Shown here piece after piece: positions 35,743-46,518 of a stretch of 64,000 nucleotides of DNA (its first letter is position 1; each line of letters starts with the position of its first letter). The translations under genes and the position numbers were made by a program. The notes below the pieces were generated by a model that saw only the letters and a program-made list of their open reading frames with translations, did not search any database and was not told the origin of the DNA. The DNA comes from an uncultured Actinomycetes bacterium (GTDB lineage Bacteria > Actinomycetota > Thermoleophilia > UBA2241): positions 64,001 to 128,000 of the forward strand of contig CAVRZA010000004.1 in assembly GCA_963725665.1 (NCBI GenBank), read 5' to 3'.

Positions 35743-36515
35743 TCACTGGACTGCAACACACCTGGTACATGTGCGTCCGCCTGCTGCGCAACCTGTCGCG
35801 GCAGCCGGCGTGGATCGTGCTCTCCCTCATCCAGCCGCTGATCTACCTGCTGATCTTCGCGCCGACCTTCAAGAGCGTGGTGGAAATCCCCGGGTTCGGG
35901 GGCGGCTCCTACGTCGACTACCTCGTGCCGGGCATCGTCGTCATGACGGTGATGTTCTCCGGCGGCTGGGCGGGGATGGGCGTCGTCGAGGACATCGACC
36001 GCGGCGTCATGGACCGCTTCCTGGTGACGCCGGCGTCGCGCACGGCGATCATCTGCGGGCGGCTCCTCGAAGGGGCCGTGCTGGCGGTGATCCAGGCGGC
36101 CATCATCATCGGCATCGGCTGGCTGATGGGCGCGAACTACCCGGGCGGCGTCGGCGGCATGGTCGTGCTGCTGGCCGCCTCCATACTCCTCGGGGAGGGG
36201 CTGGCGGCGCTCTCCACGGGCCTCGCGCTCGTGGCGCGCAAGGAAGAGACCCTCATCGCGACGATCAACATGCTGCTCACGCCGCTGATGTTCCTGTCGG
36301 CGGTGTTCATGCGGCTGGAGCTCATGCCGCACTGGATCCAGACGGTGGCGCGCTACAACCCCGTGAACTGGGCCGTAGCGTCGGGTCGCGGGGCGATGCA
36401 GGCGAGCGTCGACTGGAGCGCGGTGCTCTGGCACGCCGGCTACCTGCTGGCGTTCACGGCCGTCTGCGCGGCACTGGCGACGCAAGCCTTCCGCGCCTAC
36501 CAGCGGTCGGCGTAG
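35739..36515 (+). CDS. ABC-2 permease (DrrB-like)
   Basis: LIQPLIYLLIF, YVDYLVPG, DRFLVTP, YNPVNWAV; GTGA overlap. Confidence 0.93.
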   Translation: MITGLQHTWYMCVRLLRNLSRQPAWIVLSLIQPLIYLLIFAPTFKSVVEIPGFGGGSYVDYLVPGIVVMTVMFSGGWAGMGVVEDIDRGVMDRFLVTPASRTAIICGRLLEGAVLAVIQAAIIIGIGWLMGANYPGGVGGMVVLLAASILLGEGLAALSTGLALVARKEETLIATINMLLTPLMFLSAVFMRLELMPHWIQTVARYNPVNWAVASGRGAMQASVDWSAVLWHAGYLLAFTAVCAALATQAFRAYQRSA

Positions 36516-36743
36516 AGGAGTCGGGACGCGGGCGAGGGGCGGGGCGGCCATGAGGCCGCCCCGCCCCTCGCACCCCCATCCGACCGCTTGACGGAGCGCC
36601 GCGTGCCGGCGGTCCTCCCGGTAGCTCGCGCGCACGGCCAGTTCCCGCCACGACGTCGCCGCTTTCGAGCGCACTGTAAGAAACTGGCCTCCCCGGTGTT
36701 CTGAACAGATGAGAGAAGAAGTCGGAACCTTGGGAGGTAGTCC

Positions 36744-37232
36744 ATGCAGACGCTCAAGACCATCGTCGCGACGGCCGTCATCACGCTCGCCGCGACCACC
36801 GTCGCTGTTGCCGGCGTGGGCAAGGTCAACGGTCAGAACCCGACCGCGCCGACGCCTGCGCCGGCGGTGGCCGCCCATCAGCAGCAGACCCAGGCCGGGT
36901 ACGCGCTTCGTCTCACCGATGCGCAGGTCAAGCAGCTCGCGTCGGCGCTCTCGACGAAGGTCAAGACGGAGGGCAGGCAGGAGCGGCACTCCGTCCGCCA
37001 CCAGGGCGACGCGAAGCATGCTCACGCCGGCCAGCACGCCTACGCAAGCGCCGGTCACGATGCCGGACACGCCGGTACCCAGACTCACGCGACTAGCCAA
37101 GCGAGGACTCAGGTCAGGAGCGGCGATCAGACGTGCGATCAGACGCGCCAACAGACGCACGACCAGACCTGCCAGCAGACGCGCGACCATGCCGGCAGCG
37201 ACTCCGGCGAGTGCGGGGGAGGCCACGACTGA
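36744..37232 (+). CDS. Secreted His/Gln/Thr-rich low-complexity protein
   Basis: GGAGG RBS, signal-like N-terminus, DQTCDQTRQQTHDQTCQQTRDH repeats. Confidence 0.75.
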   Translation: MQTLKTIVATAVITLAATTVAVAGVGKVNGQNPTAPTPAPAVAAHQQQTQAGYALRLTDAQVKQLASALSTKVKTEGRQERHSVRHQGDAKHAHAGQHAYASAGHDAGHAGTQTHATSQARTQVRSGDQTCDQTRQQTHDQTCQQTRDHAGSDSGECGGGHD

Positions 37233-37332
37233 GTAGGGCTGGGGCGGGGCGGCCCGCTGACGACAGCGGGCCGCCCCGCCCTCTATACTGTCCTCACATG
37301 GATCCCGCGAGCGGTTGAGGAGGATCCTCCGA

Positions 37333-38535
37333 GTGAAGTCCACGGCGGCAAGCGAACAGAAGCTGATTCGCGGCCTGCAGACCGGAGACCATCAAGCCTT
37401 CCGCAAGGTCTATGACGCCTACCATGCGGCCATCTACAACCTCTGTGCGCGCATCGTCGGCGATCGCGAGGAGGCCAAGGATTTGACACAAGAAGTCTTT
37501 CTGCGTGCCTTCAGCGCGCCGCCCGAGTCCCGCGCCGAGTTGGGTCTGCGACCGTGGCTCTACCGCGTGGCGACCAACCTCTGCCTGAACCATCTGCGCG
37601 GGGCAGGCGGGCACGGCGCGGGCGTCGCGGTCGGCGGGGACGAGATCGAGCAGGTCGCTTCTCCGGTCGACGGCTTCCAGCAAGCGCAGACCGCGACGCT
37701 GGTCGAGGAGACCCTGGCGCAGCTCAACGACCGCTACCGGACCGCCCTGGTCCTCAAGGACCTGCACGGTCTGCCGTCCGTCGAGCTTGCCGGCGTCATG
37801 GAGACGTCGCGCGCGAGCGCGGACGTGCTCGTGCACCGCGCTCGCGCGTCCTTTCAGGTCGGTCTTCTCCCGTCTCGCGGGCGACGGCGCTCCCGTGCCC
37901 GGCAACCTCGCTCTCGTGCTCGCGCCGCTGACCGTGCCGACTGCACTCCAGGTCATGCCGCCGCTGCCGCACGTCCCCATTCCGTTGCCCGCACGCCCCC
38001 GTCCCGATAGCCGCGCATCCCTTCGATGCCTCCGGAGGCGGACTGCTGGGCAAGCTGTCGGCTGCTCTGGGCTCCAAGGTGGCCGTGACGGCCGCCGCCG
38101 CGAGCCTGGTCGTGGGAGGGCTCGTCGCCGAGCGGGTCGTGACTCGTGGCGGGCACGACTCGCAAGCCGCCGCTGCAGCGGCGGCCGTCACGACGGGTGA
38201 CCGTGCGACGTTTTCACAGTCGGCGGCCGACGTTCGCGAGCATGAGGTCCTCATGAGACACCGCTCTGCTGACGGCTGCCTCGCCGGCGACGCGTCGTGC
38301 GCGGCCGACCACGTTGGCGAGCACGGGGCGACGCACGAGTCCGAGTCACACCACGGACCACGCCGGTGGCGCCGGGGCGAGCGAGACGACGACGTCACAT
38401 GACTCGACCGGCACGCACGCTGCGGGCGCGAGTGCGACGACCCATGATGGCGGCGCCGGGACGACGTCGGACGGACACGACAGCGGTACCGGTTCCACCT
38501 CGGCCTCCCACGACGGCGGCAGCGCGGACCACTGA
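37333..38535 (+). CDS. ECF sigma factor with Pro linker, TM helix and His-rich tail; apparent frameshifts near 37855, 38010 and 38350
   Basis: EAKDLTQEVFLRAF, WLYRVATNLCLNHLR, RYRTALVLKDLHGL..ELA, VHRAR; later frames give KVAVTAAAASLVVGGLV and a His/Asp/Gly/Thr-rich end. Confidence 0.8.
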
Positions 38536-38667
38536 CCCTCGGTCGCCAACGACGGCGGCAGACCACTGAGCCTTGGTCGCCCGACGCGCCGCCCCACTCA
38601 CTGAGCGGTTCGCAGGGATAGCACGTAGGGGCGGCGGCGGGGCTTGAAGCCCCGCCGCCGCTAGCGT

Positions 38668-40174
38668 CTATGCCCCCTCGTCCTCGAGATGGATGTGCGC
38701 CACGGCATTGATGGCCTCGGGCTTGCGGGACCGCAGCACCAACAGCAGCACGACACCGACGGTCACCCAGGCAGCCATGGCGTAGGGCGCGTACTTGTAG
38801 GGCGAAGTCAGCGCCGAGATGAACGACAGGCCTGGGATGCCCGTGATCCCGGCGACGCTGAAAAAGCCCGGGATCAGTATCAGGACGCCGATGATGGGCA
38901 CCACGACGTGGGAGACCCAGTGTCGCTCCTCCTCGCGATGGCGGGCGAAGTACCCGATGCAGGCGATGTTGGCGGTGATATACACGGGCACGATCACGAC
39001 GACGATCGCCGTCCCGATGATGCCGAAGGCCACCTGCGGCGTGTACTTGAAGCCGAGCGCAAGCGCAAGAGCGAGGCCGACGACGAGCGCCACCAGGATG
39101 CCCACTCTTGGCGACCTGAAGCGGGGGTGGAGTTCGGCCAGCCAGCGCGGGAACACGCCGATGCGCCCAAACGCGAAGGCGGTGCGTGTGAACACGTTGG
39201 TGTTCGCGTTCGCGTTGGCCAGCGTCGAGTTGATGATGGCGAAGAGCACCAGCGCCCAGAAGACCCCGGAGACCGTGCGCGCCAGACCGTCCCACGGCAC
39301 GCCGTTCGCTGAGGCTGCGAAGCCGGAGAACTTGCCCGGTCCGTACGCCACCGTCGCCGCGTACGTGGTGAAGATGTAGAGGGCGCCGATCAGGATGGTC
39401 GCCAGCAGCACCGCGCGGGGCACGTTGCGCCGCGGGTCTTTGGTTTCTTCGGCGAGCGGCGCCGCGGATTCGAAGCCTGCGAAGGCCAGCAGCGCGCCGA
39501 CGGCACCGGCGATCACACCCGTCATGCCATGGTAGCCCTGGGCCGTCGCGTAGTGGGTCGTGAAGACCGACAGGGTGTTGTTGCTCCCGGCCTTGACGAC
39601 CAGGACGATGGAGAGGGACAGGAAGACGATGATCTCGATGAAGCCGAGCACGACGCCGGTCCTCGTCGACGTCTTGACTCCGCGGTACACCAGGAAGCAC
39701 ACGAGCAGGATGCCGGCGGTGGTGAAGACCCACCACAGGCTGGTCGGAAACGATGATTGCTCGGAGTTCCACTCGCCGGCCACAGTGTAGCCGAGCTGCA
39801 GCATGACGAGCGGCATGACGAGGATCTCGAGCGCCGCGTACGCCCAGCCGACGAGGAAGCCGACCCACGGGGCGAGGCCCACGGCGTTGTAGGTGGCGAC
39901 CGAGCCCGCAGCCGGGATGTGCTTGGCGAGCTGGCCGATGCTCCACGCTGTGAAGAGCATGCCGATGAAGGCGAGGGTCACCGAGAGCGAGAGCGCGCCG
40001 GCGGCGAAAGCGGCACCGAGCGGGATCGACGCGGCGATCGCGGCGCCGGGAGCCATCGACGTGATCGACTGGAACAGCACGTCCAGCAGGCCGACGGCGT
40101 TTCGTTCGAGTTGTGGGACCGGAGGCTCCTGTGGGACAGGAGCCTCCGGTCCCGACGCGAGCTGGTTCAGCCAT
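38668..40174 (-). CDS. APC family amino acid permease; apparent frameshift just after the start
   Basis: LERNAVGL, ITSMAPG, PAAGS, FAGFESAAPLAEETKDPRRNVPRA; about 12 TM; AAGGAAAGG upstream of ATG 40174. Confidence 0.92.
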
Positions 40175-40227
40175 TGTTGTGCCTTTCCTTGGGTTGTTGG
40201 ATCAGGACTGGAATGGGTTGCTCGGAG

Positions 40228-41124
40228 TCACATCAAGTCTTGGCCGTAGCGTTCCAGGATCGCCTTGGGCATGGCGAAGCGCGCCGTCTTGAGCGGATCG
40301 ACGACTTGCGAGACCTGAAGCTGCCCCGCGGCGCTCATCAGCATGGTGACGTCCGCCGTGGACAGATGCAGGCGCAGCATCAGGAGATCGGCCATGTCGC
40401 GCGTGGCGACGTCGGCCGCCTCGTCCAGCGTCTCGGCGGACGCGATGGTCGCCACCACCTCGGAGGTCTCCACGATGGGGTTCGCGAGTGACACGTCGCG
40501 GCGCACGTCGACTCGCAGGGTGACGCTGCCGGCGACCTCGACGCCGGTGCCGCAGATCTCGCCGTCACCCATGACGGCGTGCAGGTCGCCGGCCGCCAGC
40601 AAGGCGCCGGGTGCGAAGACGGGCAGGTACACCGTCGCGCCCTCGCCGATCAGTCGCGTGTCCATGTTGCCGCCGTGCGCGCCCGGCGAGCCGCAGGGCA
40701 CCGGAGGTCCGTCGGGCGCCACGCCGATGACGCCGATCATGGGCCGGATGGGCACGACGGCGCCCGAGACGAGGGCGGCGCCGTCCTCGATGTCCACGAA
40801 CTGGAACGACATGCCCTCGAGACGCTCGCGGAGCACCCCGAACCCGTCGCTGACCGCCATCACTCCCCTTGCGGCGACGTCGACCCGCTCGATGAGCACC
40901 GACAGCACGTCCCCAGCCTTGGCGCCCTCCACGTAGACGGGACCCGTGGCGGGATTGACGTGCGCCCAGTCGACGGCCTCGAGAGAGTCGCGGGCAGAGC
41001 GCACCTGGCCACTGAAACAGTCGGCCGTCTCCAGTACCAGGCGCTCTCCGGGCTCGATCCGCGCGACAGGGGCGGCTTCGGCCGAGAGGCTGAAGACGCT
41101 GTCTTCTTTACTTACGCGAATCAC
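40228..41124 (-). CDS. Acetamidase/formamidase family protein
   Basis: ETADCF, NPATGPVYVEGA, PMIGVIGVAP, HGGNMD, GDLHAVMGDGEI. Confidence 0.93.
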   Translation of the reverse strand: MIRVSKEDSVFSLSAEAAPVARIEPGERLVLETADCFSGQVRSARDSLEAVDWAHVNPATGPVYVEGAKAGDVLSVLIERVDVAARGVMAVSDGFGVLRERLEGMSFQFVDIEDGAALVSGAVVPIRPMIGVIGVAPDGPPVPCGSPGAHGGNMDTRLIGEGATVYLPVFAPGALLAAGDLHAVMGDGEICGTGVEVAGSVTLRVDVRRDVSLANPIVETSEVVATIASAETLDEAADVATRDMADLLMLRLHLSTADVTMLMSAAGQLQVSQVVDPLKTARFAMPKAILERYGQDLM

Positions 41125-41433
41125 AGCAGCACGGTCCTTTCGCTCTCTCCATGAGGTCTCTCGACGCGGGCGGTCGCCGCGGCCATTCGCGGAGTGTTCC
41201 CCTCGTCGCTTCGAGGCGAAGCCTCGCGCCCGTTTACCATGAGGTGCGCGGTGTCCCTGAGGTGCGCGGTACGCCGAGGTGCGCGGTACTCTGAGGTTCA
41301 CGGTCGGTGACTCGCCCGGCGTCCGACCCCCGTCGCTGCCCAGAGCGAGTGACCGGATACCCGCTGGGGTATACACTTAGACGCACGCAGTGCCCGTCGA
41401 GGGCGACAGTAATGGCGACGAGGAGATTCCCAG

Positions 41434-41670
41434 ATGGCGGTGACCGTCTACACGACCCCGACCTGCAGTTTCTGCAAAGCGACGAAGCAGTACCTGCAGG
41501 AGAAGCGTGTCAGGTTTCGCGAGGTCGACGTGTCGCGCGACGCGACTGCTGCCGACGAGATCGCGCGTAGGACCGGCCGGCGCGCTGTGCCGGTCATCGA
41601 CGTCAACGGCAGGCTCATCGTGGGCTTCGACAAACGCCGTCTGAACGCGGCGCTCGGCATCAGGGGGTAG
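41434..41670 (+). CDS. Glutaredoxin-like protein (NrdH/YruB type)
   Basis: VYTTPTCSFC, AVPVI, IVGFD. Confidence 0.93.
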   Translation: MAVTVYTTPTCSFCKATKQYLQEKRVRFREVDVSRDATAADEIARRTGRRAVPVIDVNGRLIVGFDKRRLNAALGIRG

Positions 41671-41674
41671 TGGG

Positions 41675-42034
41675 ATGTGGCCTTTCGGTCGTGGCGACCA
41701 CGCGGGAGATGGGGCCGGCCCCATCACGATCGACGTGCGCGAAGCGTTCGCGCGCGCCGGCAAGGGTGCCCGACTCGTCGACGTGCGCTCCGAGCGCGAG
41801 TTCGCCGCCGGGCACCCCAAGGGCGCGCGCAACCTGCCCCCGGCGCGCCTCGCGAGCGGCGATGGCGGGTTGGCCCTGGACGACGAGATCCTCCTCATCT
41901 GCGCCAGCGGCCATCGCAGCCTGCGCGAGGCGCGCCGCCTGGCGAAAGCGGGCTACACGAACGTGGCCAACGTGGGGGGCGGCATGATCGCCTGGCAGCG
42001 CGCCGGCCTGCCCATCAAGGCGCGGCGCCGGTAG
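41675..42034 (+). CDS. Rhodanese-like domain protein
   Basis: LVDVRSEREFAAGH, ICASGHRS, GGMIAW. Confidence 0.92.
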   Translation: MWPFGRGDHAGDGAGPITIDVREAFARAGKGARLVDVRSEREFAAGHPKGARNLPPARLASGDGGLALDDEILLICASGHRSLREARRLAKAGYTNVANVGGGMIAWQRAGLPIKARRR

Positions 42035-42131
42035 CTCGAGGCGCTGGCAGCCCGAGGCGTCGCCAGCCCGAAGCGCTGGCAGTCCGAAGCACCGGTAACC
42101 TCATTCAAGTGCGTGGGGGAAGGGAGGCTAG

Positions 42132-42614
42132 GTGGAGATACAGCCCATCGTCTTCACGCCCATCGGCGTGATCCACAGCGAGCATCGCGAGCCAGAGCAG
42201 ACGCCGATCCAGCCTGTGTGTGCTACTGGGAGTGCCGGCACCGTCGAGGTGTTCGACGAGTTCGTCGAGGGTCTCGACGATGTCGATGGGTTCTCGCACA
42301 TCTACCTGCTCTACGCGTTTCACCGCGCCCGTCCGGCGCCGCTGAAGGTGGTGCCGTACCTCGACGACGTGCCCCGCGGCGTGTTCGCGACTCGCTCGCC
42401 CGACAGGCCCAACCCCCTCGGGCTCAGCCTCGTGCGCCTAGTCGAGCGTCGAGGAGCGGCGCTTTTCGTCGAGGACCTCGATGTCCTCGACGGCACGCCG
42501 CTCCTCGACATCAAACCCTACGTCGCGAGGTTCGACGACCGTCCAGATTCACGCGGAGGCTGGACCGACTCGGTCGACGACGAGACGTTCCGCCGCCGGG
42601 GCCGGCGCGAGTAG
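42132..42614 (+). CDS. tsaA: tRNA m6t6A37 methyltransferase TrmO/TsaA family
   Basis: PIGVIHS, GFSHIYLLYAFH, GVFATRSPDRPNPLGLS, LDVLDGTPLLDIKPY. Confidence 0.93.
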   Translation: MEIQPIVFTPIGVIHSEHREPEQTPIQPVCATGSAGTVEVFDEFVEGLDDVDGFSHIYLLYAFHRARPAPLKVVPYLDDVPRGVFATRSPDRPNPLGLSLVRLVERRGAALFVEDLDVLDGTPLLDIKPYVARFDDRPDSRGGWTDSVDDETFRRRGRRE

Positions 42615-42691
42615 AGTCGGTTCGCCGCAGGGCAAGCGAGTATCGGCGGCTGCGCGCCGTGACCGGTGATGCCTCGGGGCGGGCGACCGCT

Positions 42692-43588
42692 TCAGCCGCC
42701 GCGCTCGGGCGTCCAGACGAACGTCCCCGCGCGCAGGTCGCGCAGAGCCTGTTCTATCTCCTCGCGCGTGTTCATGACGAACGGTCCGTAGCGCGCGATC
42801 GGCTCGCCTAGAGGAGCCCCGGAGACCAGGAGGAAGCGCACCGAGCTCTCGTAGGCGCGCACGCGGACCTCGTCGCCGTCGTCGAACACGACCAGGCTCG
42901 GCGCATCCACGAGCGAGCCGTCGAGCTCGCCGCGGTAGCCGAGGTCGCAGGCGACGCCGAACTCCCCCTCACCTCGAAACACGTAGGCGAACGCGGTGTG
43001 ACCGCGAGGAACGGCCTGCGCGTAGTCTCCCCCGGCCGGCAGCGTGACGTCGATGTACTCGGGGTCGGCGTAGATCTCGCTGACCGGCCCCACGGCGTCG
43101 CCGGAGCGCCCGGCGACCACGCGCACGCGCGTGCCGTCCGGGCGCTCGTCTACGGTCATGTGCGCGTCGGGTACCTCCTGGTAGCGCGGCCGCGACATCT
43201 TCAGCTTGGCCGGCATGTTCACCCAGAGCTGGAAGCCGCCCATCTTGCCCTCGCGCGGCCGCGGCATCTCCTCGTGCATGATGCCGCCACCGGCCGTCAT
43301 CCACTGCACGTCGCCGGGTCCGATGGTGCCCGCGTTGCCGATGGTGTCCTTGTGGTCGACCTCTCCGGCGAGCATGTAGGTGACGGTCTCGATGCCACGA
43401 TGCGGGTGCATCGGGAAGCCCGCGAGGTAGTCGTCGGGGTTGTCGGACTCGAAGTGGTCGAAGAGCAGGAACGGGTCGAGGTAGTCGAGCGCCCAGCCGC
43501 CGATGCTGCGTCTGAGGTGCACGCCGGCGCCCTCCATCACGGGCTGCGGCTCGATGACTTGCGTGACCCGTCTGGCTTGCGGTTCCAT
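42692..43588 (-). CDS. Pirin family protein
   Basis: DPFLLFDH, HPHRGIETVTY, WMTAGGGIMHEE, FQLWVN, YGPFVMNT. Confidence 0.95.
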   Translation of the reverse strand: MEPQARRVTQVIEPQPVMEGAGVHLRRSIGGWALDYLDPFLLFDHFESDNPDDYLAGFPMHPHRGIETVTYMLAGEVDHKDTIGNAGTIGPGDVQWMTAGGGIMHEEMPRPREGKMGGFQLWVNMPAKLKMSRPRYQEVPDAHMTVDERPDGTRVRVVAGRSGDAVGPVSEIYADPEYIDVTLPAGGDYAQAVPRGHTAFAYVFRGEGEFGVACDLGYRGELDGSLVDAPSLVVFDDGDEVRVRAYESSVRFLLVSGAPLGEPIARYGPFVMNTREEIEQALRDLRAGTFVWTPERGG

Positions 43589-43716
43589 GGCGCCCCGTCT
43601 CCTGAGTTTCTGTCCGCTCCCGCGGTTCTTGCCGTGGGTGAGAAGTGCCCCGATCGAAGGCGGAGGAAACGACGGTCCTGGATGTCGGCGCGAGAGCGAA
43701 CGGGATCGTGGCCGGG

Positions 43717-43983
43717 CTAGCGGCCTCGCTGGCGGTCCATCTCGCGGCGGATCTCGTCCTCGCTGATCGGTCGGCGTCCGTACACGTCCCAGGCGTTGAG
43801 GGCGAGCCCGATGCCCCAGCCGCCGAGCACCCATGCCGGCCAGAAGTAGCTGTGTCCCGTGAAGTACCAGATGAGGATGAGCATGGCGTTCACGACCACG
43901 TACGACACCACGTGACGCCCGAACTCATGCTGCTTCTTGAGCTGGTGTATGGCAGCCTCGCGCAGTTCCTCTTCAGTCGCCAC
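43717..43983 (-). CDS. 2TM domain membrane protein
   Basis: HVVSYVVVNAML..IW...YFWPAWV..GWGIGL...ISEDEIRREM. Confidence 0.88.
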   Translation of the reverse strand: MATEEELREAAIHQLKKQHEFGRHVVSYVVVNAMLILIWYFTGHSYFWPAWVLGGWGIGLALNAWDVYGRRPISEDEIRREMDRQRGR

Positions 43984-44097
43984 TGTCTCCTCCTTGCTCC
44001 GGGCCCTTGAGGAACAGTATCACCCGAAGAGGGAAAGGATCGGCATCCGCTCCGGGTCAGTTGCCAGGCGAATCGTTAGTATGCTAACGTTTCTTGC

Positions 44098-44721
44098 GTG
44101 CGCCATGAGCGAGCCTTGACGACACCAGCCGAGTCGCGGACCGAGACAGTGGCCGCCGAGCCGCGGGACCCCCAGGTCCCAGGCACCGGTGCACGGATGT
44201 TCGGGGCTCCCCACATGGAGCTCGAGGGCGTTGAAGAGCTCTCGGCCGACGTCTTTCGCGCCTTCATCAACACGCTGCGTCTGCACCGGCAGCTCATGAG
44301 GCGGACTCTGGGCGGACACGGCACGCACCCGGGCCAGGGTATCTGCCTGCACCTCATCGCCGCGCACGGCCACAGCACGCAACGGGATCTCGCCGAGGCC
44401 CTGCACTTGTCGCGGCCGACGGTGAGCAAGATGGTGCAAGCCATGGAGAGGTCGGGCCTCGTCGAGCGGCGGCCCGACGAGAGCGACCAGCGGCTCACGC
44501 GCGTGGAGCTGACGGCCGCTGGTCGCTCTCTCGAGGAGGAGCTGCGCGGCGTCACGGCGCGTCTCGTCAACGAGACCGTCGGCGCTCTGCCCGAGGACGA
44601 TCGCCGCGAGCTCGCGCGGCTTCTCGGCGAGCTCGCGGCGAGCATGCGGCAGGCGATCGGTGCGCGCGCGGGCGTCTCGCCCGCGCGCGCACCCGACGGA
44701 CAAGAGGTCCGCGCGCCTTGA
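44098..44721 (+). CDS. MarR family transcriptional regulator
   Basis: QRDLAEALHLSRPTVSKMVQAME..GLVERRPDESDQRLTRVELT; true start may lie downstream. Confidence 0.9.
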   Translation: MRHERALTTPAESRTETVAAEPRDPQVPGTGARMFGAPHMELEGVEELSADVFRAFINTLRLHRQLMRRTLGGHGTHPGQGICLHLIAAHGHSTQRDLAEALHLSRPTVSKMVQAMERSGLVERRPDESDQRLTRVELTAAGRSLEEELRGVTARLVNETVGALPEDDRRELARLLGELAASMRQAIGARAGVSPARAPDGQEVRAP

Positions 44722-46449
44722 CCGCGCTGCTCAGGGAGCGCTTGACACCGTATTGGCGTCAGATCGTGCTCGTGCTCGTCCTGCTGCTCGTCCAGGCGAT
44801 CACGAACCTCTACCTGCCCACCCTCAACGCCGACCTCATCAACAACGGCGTCGTCAAGGGCGACACGCACTACATCATGGTCACCGGCGTCGTCATGCTG
44901 GTGGTCACCCTGCTGCTCGGCTATCGCCACCATCATCGCCGTCTACTGGGGCGCGAAGACGGCGATGGCCTTCGGGCGCGACGTACGCGGCGCTCTGTTC
45001 CGCAAGGTCGAGAGCTTCTCGCTGGCCGAGCTCAACCACTTCGGCACGCCGTCGCTGATCACGCGCACCACCAACGACGTGCAGCAGGTGCAGATGGTGG
45101 TCTTGCTGATGCTCAACGTGGTGGTCTCGGCGCCGATCATGTGCGTCGGCGGCATCATCATGGCGCTGCGTCTCAACGTGCCGCTTTCGAGCGTCATCGT
45201 CGTCGCCATCCCGATCATGGCGGTCTTCATCGCTCTCGTCGTGCGTAGGGCGCTGCCGCTCTACAGGGCCATGCAGGTGAAGATCGACCGTGTGAACCAG
45301 GTGACGCGCGAGGCGTTGAGCGGCATGCGCGTCATCCGCGCCTTCGACCGCATGGACTACGAGGAGCGGCGCTTCGCCGAGGCCAACGATGACCTGACGG
45401 GGACGGCGCTCAGAGTCACGCGCCTCTTCGCCGTGATGCTCCCGACCCTCACGGCGATCCTGCAGCTCTCGACCGTGGCCATCATGTGGTTCGGCAGCAT
45501 CCAGGTCGCCGAACACGGCATGCCGATCGGCGACCTCACGGCCTTCCTCACCTACATCATCCAGATCCTGCTGTCGGTGCTCATGGCGACCATCATGTTC
45601 GTCATGGTCCCGCGCGCGGCCGCCTCGGCCGCGCGCATCCAGGAGGTCCTCGAGACGGAACCGTCGGTGACCGACCCGCAGACTTCCGTGACCGGCGTCC
45701 CCGCGCAGGGGCTCGTCGAGTTCGACGACGTCGAGTTTCGCTACCCGGGCGCCGAGGAGCCGGTGCTCAGCGGCATCTCCTTCTCTTCGGGCCCGGGTGA
45801 GGTCACCGCCATCGTGGGCAGCACGGGCAGCGGCAAGTCGACCTTGGTCAATCTCATTCCGCGCTTCTACGACGTCACGGGGGGGAGCGTGCGCGTGGAC
45901 GGGGTCGATGTGCGCGAGATGGAGCTGCAGGACCTGTGGCGCCGGGTCGGTCTCGTCCCGCAGAAGTCGTTCCTGTTCAGCGGCACGGTGGCGAGCAACC
46001 TGCGGGACGGCAACGAGCAGGCCGGCGACGAGGAGATCTGGCGCCTGCTCGAGATCGCTCAGGGCAGTGAGTTCGTGCGCGAGATGCCCGAGGAGATCGA
46101 AGCGCCGATCGCCCAGGGCGGCGCCAACGTCTCGGGAGGGCAGCGCCAGCGCCTGGCCATCGCCCGTGCCCTCGCCAAGCGCGCCCAGATCTACATCTTC
46201 GACGACAGCTTCTCGGCGCTCGATTTCAAGACCGACGCGCTGCTGCGCGCGGCCCTCAAACGTGAGACGGCCGATGCGACGGTGCTGATCGTCGCGCAGC
46301 GGGTGGGCACGATCATGCACGCCGACCGCATCGTCGTGCTCGAGGACGGCACCATCGCCGGCACGGGCACGCACGAGGAGCTCATGGAGACCAGCGACAC
46401 CTACCGCGAGATCGTCGCCTCGCAGCTCGGCGCGGAGGACGTGGCGTGA
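44718..46449 (+). CDS. Heterodimeric ABC exporter subunit A; apparent frameshift near 44922
   Basis: TM domain, SLITRTTNDVQQ, GSTGSGKS, VSGGQRQR, degenerate FDD and AQR motifs. Confidence 0.92.
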
Positions 46450-46518
46450 GCGGGCAGCCACAAGGCGGCGCGCGCACGCCCCGGCGGCGGTCAAGGCGCT
46501 ACGCCCGGACCAGCCGGC

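Noticed and set aside
44900-44960. Programmed ribosomal frameshifting in split genes
   Set aside because: No slippery heptamers or consistent stimulatory structures; the gene families are not known for recoding
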